From positions 69,938 through 133,937 of the forward strand of contig CAVQMZ010000014.1 in NCBI GenBank assembly GCA_963713725.1: a stretch of DNA of 64,000 bases. Direction: 5' to 3'. Origin of the DNA: an uncultured Bacteroidota bacterium (GTDB lineage Bacteria > Bacteroidota > Bacteroidia > Bacteroidales > GCA-2748055). The notes under the pieces are model-generated. The model ran no database searches, was not told the origin of the DNA, and saw nothing but the letters and a program-made list of their open reading frames with translations. Shown here one piece after another: positions 34,257-42,878 of the stretch; the stretch's first letter is position 1, and the number at the start of each line of letters is the position of its first letter. A program made the translations under genes and the position numbers.

Positions 34257-35288
34257 ATGGCAGAAGTTATCAAAATAGAACGCTTTCTTACCCTGGCAGA
34301 AAATTTTCCGCTAATTGATGTGCGTGCTCCCCTGGAATTCGACCAGGGGCATATCCCCGGAGCCCTGAATGTCCCCCTCTTTTCAGATGAGGAACGCAAG
34401 GTGGTAGGCACTGCTTACAAGCAGATTAATAAGGAGGCAGCCATGTACCTGGGTCTGGATTTTGCGGGCAAAAAACTTGTTGAACTGGCTAAACATGGCG
34501 AGAAGATAGCTGGCAGGGGAAAGACCCTTCTGGTGCATTGCTGGAGGGGAGGGATGAGAAGTAAAAGTATGGTTTGGCTTTTCGAAACCATGGGGATTAA
34601 CTGTTATCTGCTGGAAGGGGGATATAAGTCCTATCGAAATTATCTTCATAAACAACTGGAGGTACCCTTAAAACTATTGGTGGTTGGCGGAAGAACCGGG
34701 AGTGGGAAGACCGATATTCTGTTTCACCTTCAGGGTAAAGGGGAGCAAATCATCGATCTTGAGGGCCTGGCTCACCACAAAGGTTCTGCATTCGGAGCAC
34801 TTGGAGAGAATCCCCAGCCCACCACCGAGCAGTTCGAAAATAACCTGCTTTGGGCCCTTAACAGGCTTGACCGCAGCAGGCTGATCTGGATCGAGGATGA
34901 GAGTCGGAATGTGGGCAGGTGTGTAATTCCCGGGCCTTTTTACCAACAGATGAAGGAGGCTGAGATATTATTTCTGGATATTTCCAGGGAGCTGAGAGCC
35001 ACTCACCTGGTTAAACATTATGCCGGGTATGAAAAGGAGGAACTGAAGACCTGCATACACAAAATTTCAAAGAAGTTGGGTGGTGACAGGACCAGGGATG
35101 CCCTCGAATCAGTGGATAATTCGGATTTCCGGAGTACAGCGATGATCACCCTGCATTATTATGATAAGACCTATATGTTCTCTCTGGAGAAAAACCACGA
35201 AGCACATGAGGTTCTTGTTTCTGACCGGATTGACCCAGAGTATAACGCAAGTATTTTGCTAAAATATATCCATGAAAAAAAGAGCTGA
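34257..35288 (+). CDS. mnmH: tRNA 2-selenouridine(34) synthase
   Basis: Rhodanese domain (DVRAP.EF..GHIPGA, CWRGGMRS) plus P-loop GRTGSGKT, DLEGLAHHKGSAFG, EDESR. Confidence 0.93.
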   Translation: MAEVIKIERFLTLAENFPLIDVRAPLEFDQGHIPGALNVPLFSDEERKVVGTAYKQINKEAAMYLGLDFAGKKLVELAKHGEKIAGRGKTLLVHCWRGGMRSKSMVWLFETMGINCYLLEGGYKSYRNYLHKQLEVPLKLLVVGGRTGSGKTDILFHLQGKGEQIIDLEGLAHHKGSAFGALGENPQPTTEQFENNLLWALNRLDRSRLIWIEDESRNVGRCVIPGPFYQQMKEAEILFLDISRELRATHLVKHYAGYEKEELKTCIHKISKKLGGDRTRDALESVDNSDFRSTAMITLHYYDKTYMFSLEKNHEAHEVLVSDRIDPEYNASILLKYIHEKKS

Positions 35289-36522
35289 TTATGAACTCCT
35301 GGCTCCTGCCGGAAGTTATGAGTCCCTGGTAGCAGCAGCTCAGGGTGGTGCGGATGCAATCTATTTCGGGATCGAACAACTCAATATGCGTGCCCGGTCA
35401 TCGGCCAATTTTACCGGAGAGGATTTAGCCCGGATTGTGTCAGAATCCGGGGCTTTTGGCATGAAGAGCTATCTGACGGTGAATACGGTGATTTTTAATC
35501 ACGAGTTGATCCAGATGCGAAAAATAGTGGACCGGGCCATGGAGCAGGGTGTAACAGCCATCATCGCTTCCGACCAGTCGGTTCTGCAGTATTGTAACAG
35601 CGTGGGGGCAAAGGTTCACCTTTCCACTCAACTGAATATAAGCAATATAGAGACATTAAAATTTTATGCAAAGTTCGCCGATGTAGCAGTACTGGCCCGG
35701 GAACTGGACCTGAAACAGGTAAAGGAAATTTATGATGCCATCCAACTTGAGGATGTCAGGGGAGTTTCGGGTGAGCCCTTTCGGATCGAGATTTTTGTTC
35801 ATGGAGCCCTCTGCATGGCCACTTCCGGAAAGTGTTACCTGAGCCTGCATGAGCACAATCACTCGGCCAACCGGGGAGATTGTTTTCAGGTATGCCGTCG
35901 TGGATACCGGGTGACGGATAAGGACCGGGAGGTAGAGCTGGATATAGACAATGAATACATCATGTCTCCCAAGGACCTGAAAACCATTCACTTTCTGAAC
36001 AAGGTTCTGGATGCAGGTGTATCCATACTCAAGATTGAGGGCAGGGCACGGTCGGCCGAATACGTAAAAACGGTGACTTCCTGTTATGATGAGGCCATTC
36101 AGGCCTATGTGGATGGGGACTTTAGCCCTGGAAAAATTGAGGCCTGGGATGCCAGACTTACATCGGTATTTAACCGGGGTTTCTGGAACGGATACTACCT
36201 GGGTCAGCGGCTGGGTGAATGGAGTGATGTACATGGTTCAAAGGCCACCCGAAAGAAGGTATTTGTGGGCAAGGGGACCAACTACTTTGATCGCATTAAA
36301 GTGGCAGAAGTGAGCATTCAGGCCGGCACCTTGAAAGTGGGTGATGAGATCGTCATTACCGGACCCACAACCGGCGTTATCGAGACTACAGTGAAGGAAC
36401 TCAGGGTGGATGAGAAAAGTGTTGATGAGGCTGTCAAGGGCGATCAGTGCTCCTTCCCGCTGGATCAGGTACTTCGCCGGTCCGACCAGGTATATAAGAT
36501 GCTTCCTATTTCTTCAACATGA
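35272..36522 (+). CDS. Peptidase U32 family Fe-S protein (TrhP/RlhA-like RNA hydroxylase)
   Basis: ELLAPAG, GADAIYFG, HLSTQ, EIFVHGALCMATSGKCYLS..NRGDCFQVCR, SPKDL, LKIEGR. Confidence 0.9.
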   Translation: MKKRADYELLAPAGSYESLVAAAQGGADAIYFGIEQLNMRARSSANFTGEDLARIVSESGAFGMKSYLTVNTVIFNHELIQMRKIVDRAMEQGVTAIIASDQSVLQYCNSVGAKVHLSTQLNISNIETLKFYAKFADVAVLARELDLKQVKEIYDAIQLEDVRGVSGEPFRIEIFVHGALCMATSGKCYLSLHEHNHSANRGDCFQVCRRGYRVTDKDREVELDIDNEYIMSPKDLKTIHFLNKVLDAGVSILKIEGRARSAEYVKTVTSCYDEAIQAYVDGDFSPGKIEAWDARLTSVFNRGFWNGYYLGQRLGEWSDVHGSKATRKKVFVGKGTNYFDRIKVAEVSIQAGTLKVGDEIVITGPTTGVIETTVKELRVDEKSVDEAVKGDQCSFPLDQVLRRSDQVYKMLPISST

Positions 36523-37651
36523 TACGGATAATGGTACTTTCCCCGGGATCGGAGGAGAGGACAAAGATTTTTCCGTTGTGGTAGGTCTCAATGATCCTTT
36601 TGGACAGTGAAAGCCCTAGTCCCCAGCCGCGCTTCTTAGTCGTATATCCGGGTTTGAAGATGGTCTTGAATTTGGATTTGATGATTCCCTTTCCCGTATC
36701 CTCCACATCGATGATCACATGGTTGTCTGTCTCAACGGCATGAACAATCACCCGGCCCTTAGCACCAATGGCATCGGTGGCGTTTTTGCACAGATTTTCA
36801 ATTACCCATTCAAAAAGGGTCTCATTATAGGAAGCGATGATGGGCTCATCGGGAAGGTCAAGCAGGTACTCTATATTGGCAGGCCCCCTGTTTTTGATAT
36901 AATCCAGGCTACCGGCCAGGACATTTGAAAGCTTACCTTCAGTCAGGGTGGGTTTTGAGCCTATTTTTGAAAAACGGTCGGTGATCTTCTCCAGCCTGTG
37001 AGCATCCTTTTGTAATTCGGCCACCGTTTCTGGTGGCAGCGTACTTTCTTTCAGTATCTCCATCCATCCCAGCAGGGAAGAAATGGGTGTGCCAAGCTGG
37101 TGTGCTGTTTCCTTTGACATCCCGGTCCACACCTCGTTCTGCTCGGCCGTTCGGGAAATGTTAAAGGCAATGTAGGAGACCAGGATGAAGAGAATGATCA
37201 CACCCAGCTGTACATAGGGGAAGTAGATCAGGGTACGCAGCAGAATGGAATCCCGGTAATGAAGGTATTGTTTCTCATCCGGTCCGAGGTTAATCACCAG
37301 GGATTCATTTTCCTCCATGGCATGCTCGAGCTGGCGCTGCATATAAACCGGATCCTTCGTTTTAAGGGTATCCAGGTTTTTGTGCCCCAGGATCGTACCC
37401 AAAGAATCAGTGAGAATCACCGGAATGTGTGTATTGCTTTCTATTACAGAGAATGGAAAAGCCAGATCAGCATCGAAGTCGGCCTGGTCCATAATTCTGA
37501 CCGCTTCAGCCCAAAGCTCCATTTTCTGCCTTTCGGTAGTTTGAATTTGTTTAACCAGAGTGTTGGTGTACCACAGAGATCCAACACCAATAAACACTGC
37601 TGCAAAAAACAGGATTTGCTTCCATCTTTGTCGTTTCCGGTATATATCCAA
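36506..37651 (-). CDS. Membrane sensor histidine kinase
   Basis: KETAHQLGTPISSL, ENLCKNA.DA, DTGKG, GWGLGLSL. Confidence 0.92.
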   Translation of the reverse strand: MDIYRKRQRWKQILFFAAVFIGVGSLWYTNTLVKQIQTTERQKMELWAEAVRIMDQADFDADLAFPFSVIESNTHIPVILTDSLGTILGHKNLDTLKTKDPVYMQRQLEHAMEENESLVINLGPDEKQYLHYRDSILLRTLIYFPYVQLGVIILFILVSYIAFNISRTAEQNEVWTGMSKETAHQLGTPISSLLGWMEILKESTLPPETVAELQKDAHRLEKITDRFSKIGSKPTLTEGKLSNVLAGSLDYIKNRGPANIEYLLDLPDEPIIASYNETLFEWVIENLCKNATDAIGAKGRVIVHAVETDNHVIIDVEDTGKGIIKSKFKTIFKPGYTTKKRGWGLGLSLSKRIIETYHNGKIFVLSSDPGESTIIRIMLKK

Positions 37652-37669
37652 ATCTGGTGAGCTTAAGGG

Positions 37670-40327
37670 TTATTCATCAATAACGAACTTAGTGGCCGGT
37701 TTATTCTGAACCGTGTCTTTTTTTTGTCTTCTTCTGCGCCATTTACCTTTATCCGGGACCTGATCGTCAAGGCTAATGGTATCCTGATCCTCAGAAAAGT
37801 CAAACTGAAAAGACTCTTCTTTTTCAGGAGTTACAATAAGACCAGTGTCTTTTTTAAACCAACCCAGCTCCTCGTTCAGAATTTTTTTGAGCTCTAGTTT
37901 TTCCTGTTTCATGTCCTCCCTTACCTTCTCCGCAGCCTTTTCCCGGTCCATCTCTACCTTGCTGCCCGATCCGTCGTCATAAATTTTCAGAAAAAGAATG
38001 CGGGTGTCACTTTCATCTTCAGCAATTACAAATTCACTGTTTTTGGATTTGCGTGCTTTTCCATACAGCAAATGAGAAAGCTTCAGCTTCAAACGATAGT
38101 CATACAGATTATTGAAAGAGTGAATTCCTGAGGCAGACAAATCCAGGGCATTGGACTGAATATCCATGCCTGGTATACTCACCTGGCTGTCCTTTATCAG
38201 GATGGTATTTTCCAGTGTAGAAAAGCGGATGTTCTCCAACTCTTCCACTTCAATAAATCTGGATAATGCCATTATCGGAGTAAAATTGTTTAATTCCCCA
38301 TCTCTGATAATAATATCACTTTCACTGATTATGGATTCCGGAATAATGGAAAAGGTGCTGTCGAAACGGGAGGAAAAGGCAGTTGTTCCGGATATGCTAC
38401 CTTTCAGGTGCTCGTGGGTAAGTTGTTTCTGCCCAAAGTTATTAAAGGCCTCGAAAAGCGATCCTATATCCAGATTGTAGAGCAATGCCTCCACCTTAGA
38501 GAATATACCCTTATCATCTGCCTGAACCAATCCAAAGGAGCCCTGAAGGGTTCCTTCCATGCTTTGCAAACTAAGACTTTCCACTAAAAGGGAAGGAGAA
38601 TCGTAAAGAGCAACCCCCCTTACATTTTCTGCAAGCAGAATCTTCTTGTTTAAATTGTCAATGACAAAATCAAGTTTCAGATCCATGTTTTTGGGAAAAC
38701 TGACAGCTTTTTTCTCAGGCGAGCGCTTCCCGGGAAGTTGATCAAGGATCTCCTGGAGGTCCATTTGATGGGATCTGAATGTGGCAGATGCCACCAGTTT
38801 CTCTTCACCCTGAATATAGGATAGGAGGTTTAAACCGCTTCCGTTTACTTCAAAATCTGTGGAGCCATACATTCCGCTAAAGGAAGGTTCCCAAAAATCA
38901 TTATCGATTCGTACAGAGCCATTGAGGTTGGTGAATGGGGTCATCTTGGGTTTAATTCCCAATAACACATCCTCCAGGGCTATTCCCCCGGAAATATCGA
39001 AGCTTGGGAATTTCTCTCCTCTGGGCTTCTGGCGGTCATAGGAGCCCTTTACCCGGATATCTGTAATCACAGAACCATCTGCCTGGTCCAGCGGTATGCT
39101 TGGGTACCAGTTGAGCCATTGTTTTGGATGCAGGTCTCCCTTTAGATCGAAGGAGAAGTCGGGCTCAAAGAAATTATAAATCTGACCTTTACCTGAGAAA
39201 TGGTCTTTACCGATTACAGCACTGATCTGGTCTATGGTCAAGCGGGTGGTCACCGGGGAGAATTGTCCACCGTTGGAATAGGACCCGGAAAGATTCAGGT
39301 TTTTAAGGGAAAAGGGAACTTTTTCCCAGAAAAGATTGGCATTGCTGGTTTGAAAATCTGCTTCAATACTGGGTTTTAATGTGGAGCTGACCCTGCCTGA
39401 TATCCGGGTATATAGTTGTAGAATTCCATTTCCCCTGATTTGTTGTACAGGCTTACTTAGATGAATGGGTAGAAGGTCCAGAATCTCATGGATTTCAAGA
39501 TTCCTTGCTTCGGCAATCAGGTCCAGATCAACACCCTGCCCCCGGTATATGGAAATCATTCCATCCACATCGGCCAGAATCCGGTCTATCTGAATTTGGC
39601 CGTCATTGATGTTCAGGATTGAGTCCTGAACATCCATGTTCAGTCTGACCTCTACATCCCGCTGGGAGCCGTACAGGATTCCCTTGTTGGAAACCCGCTC
39701 CAGGTAGCCCTTCAAAGATCCCTTGATCTGGGTATTGCGTTTTGTAAAACGGCCGTTTAATTCAAAATCATCCAGCCGGGCCTCGGCTTCAATTTGTTTT
39801 GAAAGGTTAATCACGCGGACGTGAAAATCCGAAATCCTGAATTGAGAGAGGTCGACTGCACCCCCCTTGTTTTCTTTGTCTTTCGGATCCTTTCTAAGGC
39901 GGTAGTTTCCCTCACCCTCTGAATCGGTGAGCAGGTTCAGTGAACCCTCCCTGATCTCAACCTCCCTGATCTCAAATTTCCTGCGAACCATGCCCAGCAG
40001 ATTAAAACTGATGCTTACCGATCGGGCAGTGAGCAGGGTATCTGCTCCGGCTTGTTCAAATTCCTGGATATTGCAATTATGGCTGGACCAGATCGTCACA
40101 TCTTTCAGGAGGAGGGAGGTATTTGGAAATTTATGTAAGACCTTAACGGATACTTCACCTACTTCGGCCTTGGTATCGAGACGCTTATTGACCAGCTCCA
40201 TCACATACTCCTGCATTTCATCACCATAAAACTTAACCACCACCACTCCGGTAATGGTGATCAAAAGCAGAATGATCACTACAAATGCCAGAAAATACTC
40301 AAGTATGATCCGCGCCGGCTTTTTCAT
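37670..40327 (-). CDS. AsmA-like protein
   Basis: N-terminal TM anchor, long beta-rich body, C-terminal IRFSTLEN..I.SNAL..SG.H.F. Confidence 0.78.
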   Translation of the reverse strand: MKKPARIILEYFLAFVVIILLLITITGVVVVKFYGDEMQEYVMELVNKRLDTKAEVGEVSVKVLHKFPNTSLLLKDVTIWSSHNCNIQEFEQAGADTLLTARSVSISFNLLGMVRRKFEIREVEIREGSLNLLTDSEGEGNYRLRKDPKDKENKGGAVDLSQFRISDFHVRVINLSKQIEAEARLDDFELNGRFTKRNTQIKGSLKGYLERVSNKGILYGSQRDVEVRLNMDVQDSILNINDGQIQIDRILADVDGMISIYRGQGVDLDLIAEARNLEIHEILDLLPIHLSKPVQQIRGNGILQLYTRISGRVSSTLKPSIEADFQTSNANLFWEKVPFSLKNLNLSGSYSNGGQFSPVTTRLTIDQISAVIGKDHFSGKGQIYNFFEPDFSFDLKGDLHPKQWLNWYPSIPLDQADGSVITDIRVKGSYDRQKPRGEKFPSFDISGGIALEDVLLGIKPKMTPFTNLNGSVRIDNDFWEPSFSGMYGSTDFEVNGSGLNLLSYIQGEEKLVASATFRSHQMDLQEILDQLPGKRSPEKKAVSFPKNMDLKLDFVIDNLNKKILLAENVRGVALYDSPSLLVESLSLQSMEGTLQGSFGLVQADDKGIFSKVEALLYNLDIGSLFEAFNNFGQKQLTHEHLKGSISGTTAFSSRFDSTFSIIPESIISESDIIIRDGELNNFTPIMALSRFIEVEELENIRFSTLENTILIKDSQVSIPGMDIQSNALDLSASGIHSFNNLYDYRLKLKLSHLLYGKARKSKNSEFVIAEDESDTRILFLKIYDDGSGSKVEMDREKAAEKVREDMKQEKLELKKILNEELGWFKKDTGLIVTPEKEESFQFDFSEDQDTISLDDQVPDKGKWRRRRQKKDTVQNKPATKFVIDE

Positions 40328-40329
40328 TT

Positions 40330-41049
40330 TTAATTCAGGAATGAACTGAAATCATATTTGTTGTCAAGTTCCGCCGGGGTTACCTGGTATCGAAACAGCC
40401 GTACACTGCGCTCGCCGATTAGTTTCATGGATGATCCCTCCACCAGGAACATACAGCCTTCACGTAAGCCCAATACTGTGTCTCCCTGATTTGCTGCAAG
40501 GTATTCCATGATGCGGTCTTCCCTGGTCTCTCCGGCATGACCAGGAGGATTTTTGTCTGTATAGTGGGGATTTATCTGGAAAGGAATCAGATTAAAGGCC
40601 TTAAAGCTATCGGGTTCAAGAATGGGCATATCATTGGTGGTGCGTATGGTGGGGCAGCAAACGTTACTCCCAGCACTCCAGCCCACATAGGGTGTTCCTG
40701 CAAGGACCTTATTTCTGACCGCTTCGATGAGTCCCTTATCCTGGATCATCTTTATAAGCTGGAAGGTGTTTCCGCCTCCCACGACGATGGCCTCTGCCTC
40801 TTCAACCGCTTTTACAGGATCTTCAAAATGGTGTATGGATCTAATGGAATGACCCACCTCCGCAAAACGCTCCTTTACGCGGGCCTCATAGTCATCAAAG
40901 TTGATGGTAACACCTGCATAGGGAATGAAAATACAGGACAGGGGTTTTTTGCCCAGGAAATCCCGGATCTGATATTTTGGGTAGTCAAGATATGCTTCAC
41001 CGGCGTTGGTGGAATTGCTGATCAGTAAGAGCCTCATGGATTGAAACAA
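40330..41049 (-). CDS. pepE: Dipeptidase E
   Basis: FIPYA, VGGGNTF, GWSAG, TTNDMPI, QINPHY, GETRE. TAACTTTG -7 box at 41063-41070. Confidence 0.94.
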   Translation of the reverse strand: MFQSMRLLLISNSTNAGEAYLDYPKYQIRDFLGKKPLSCIFIPYAGVTINFDDYEARVKERFAEVGHSIRSIHHFEDPVKAVEEAEAIVVGGGNTFQLIKMIQDKGLIEAVRNKVLAGTPYVGWSAGSNVCCPTIRTTNDMPILEPDSFKAFNLIPFQINPHYTDKNPPGHAGETREDRIMEYLAANQGDTVLGLREGCMFLVEGSSMKLIGERSVRLFRYQVTPAELDNKYDFSSFLN

Positions 41050-41097
41050 ATTGATTCATTGGCAAAGTTAATATTTTCGTCATGCGGTCAATCCATA

Positions 41098-41136
41098 AAA
41101 AAACCGGTCGTCAGGGACAAATCCCCGGGCGACCGG
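41098..41136 (-). terminator. Intrinsic terminator
   Basis: CCGGTCG..CGACCGG stem followed by a T-run on the minus strand. Confidence 0.65.
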
Positions 41137-41160
41137 CCTGACGGTAGAGGAAAACTTCTT

Positions 41161-42254
41161 TTACCAGGTGAAGGCAACACCTACTGCGAAGGGGTATAAT
41201 TCGGGTCCCATAGTGGGTTTAAACAGGGATGTCATGTAGTAGTTTGCAAAAACGCCAAACCACTTGTATCCAACCCTGGCGGTTACACCCCAGCGTAATG
41301 GAGAGATGTTGAAATCACTTTTATTCTTCTCCTTTGATTTATCGCCGGCCTCGGTATATTTAATTTTTGCATTGGACCAGAGTTTTAATCCGCCGATTAC
41401 CCCGGTTGAGATATAGACCCTACCCCTGTCAGTGGGAATTTGGAATTCAAATAGAAGGGGTATGGTCATATAGCTTATGTTCAATTTAGATTTTGTGATG
41501 AATCCTGCATAAGTAGGAATATATTCCCCCGTTACACCCGTATCGGGGTTCTTCATAATGCTGTTCTGGCCATTAAAATTATAGTTGATAAATTCAAAGC
41601 CGAGTCCGGAAACAAGTCCCACATAAGAGGTGCCCAGGGGAATCCCGAAATCGATGACGTTTATGTTCCAGTTCCAGGATTTTCCGGTGTTCAGATCCAT
41701 ATAATACTGATCAGTTGGCAGTACCATGGAAAAATCAGGAGTCAGGTAGTTGTTCAGGCCCACTTCGAGACCGGCCCAGTGGGGATTGAATTTTTTCTTT
41801 CGGGGTTTGCTTCTTCTTTCATCCATATCAAGCACATTGATCCTTACTCCGTCGCCATCTTCCACAATGCTGATACCCTTATTTCCCAGCCCCACGATAA
41901 CCGAGTCGCCATTTTCTTCCACAATGATAACCTCATTTGAGCCCAGGGTTACCCTTGTCTTATCAGGACTCTCTATGACCTCTACTTTGCCGATAACATT
42001 GGTGGTATCTCCACTCCATTGATGGTTGGGTTTAGCGATGGCTTCGTCAATGACTTGATCAACAGCTTCTTCATCAGAAATTTGAGAGCCTTTTTCAGGC
42101 CTCGGGGCTTCAGCTCGGGTGTCTCGGGTGCCTCTGCCGCTTTAGCTGCTTTAGCTGCTTCTTCTGCTTTGTTCTCTTCCGGAACCACAGGTTCCTGGGA
42201 TATGGCCGGTAAAGTCAGTGAAAAGGCCAGTAGCAGGGTAAATATTCTTTTCAT
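41161..42254 (-). CDS. Outer-membrane beta-barrel (PorT/porin-like) protein with low-complexity N-terminus, frameshifted
   Basis: Signal peptide in 41982-42254; HWAGLEVGLNN, YMTIPLLFEF, ARVGY in 41161-41922. Confidence 0.72.
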
Positions 42255-42281
42255 CCTTATTGTTTTTAGTGAATTTGGTGG

Positions 42282-42311
42282 TAGGACGGAGTAAGGCCAC
42301 GGAAAGTTACA
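42282..42311 (-). promoter_or_regulatory. ECF sigma-type promoter
   Basis: Minus strand TGTAACTTTC-N13-CGTCCTA, versus TGTAACTTTC-N12-CGTCCTA upstream of the ECF gene. Confidence 0.6.
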
Positions 42312-42364
42312 CCCCCCTCTAGTAAATAGCCGGATTTCCTGATCGCTTATTGCTAAAGATAGGT

Positions 42365-42745
42365 CTAGAGCTCAAAAAATTCCTTCAGACTTCCGAAATA
42401 GAAGGTGTTCCAACCGTGCTCCATCTCTTCATAGACTTCATCGGGAATATTGCTGTGGTGAAGCTCAATCTTGGTAAAGTGCCTGTCGGGTCTCAGGGTG
42501 ATGGTGACAATGGATTTGGCCTCCTGATCACCAAAAAACCATTCCTGTACAATTTTTTTGTCCTTTTCAAATTCCAGGTTAATTCCGGAGATATCTCCGT
42601 CGAATAAGGAGAATTCACTTCCCACCTCCTCACTCATAAGGGCCTCGGCACCCGTCCAGAGGGTAATGGAAAATGGATTGGTCAAAGCTGCATAAACCTC
42701 TTCTGCAGTTCCTTTGATGCGGAAATATTTGCGTAGCTCTTTCAT
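42365..42745 (-). CDS. SRPBCC/AHSA1-like domain protein
   Basis: EVYAALTNP..LWTG, FSLFDG.I.G, KIVQEW, L.HSNIP, GW..FYF. Confidence 0.85.
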   Translation of the reverse strand: MKELRKYFRIKGTAEEVYAALTNPFSITLWTGAEALMSEEVGSEFSLFDGDISGINLEFEKDKKIVQEWFFGDQEAKSIVTITLRPDRHFTKIELHHSNIPDEVYEEMEHGWNTFYFGSLKEFFEL

Positions 42746-42878
42746 TGTACAGGAATCTAATCAAAAATAGGGCTTTTTTTCAGGGAAAAGGAAATCCACG
42801 CAACCCTTTGTTCCAAATACCCATCATTTTTATGTTAATCTTCATCTATTCAGTATATTGCTAATATATCTCCGAGTT

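Noticed and set aside
36506-36522. Convergent 17-nt overlap of the U32 and kinase genes as antisense regulation
   Set aside because: Short 3' overlaps are common and nothing else supports a function.
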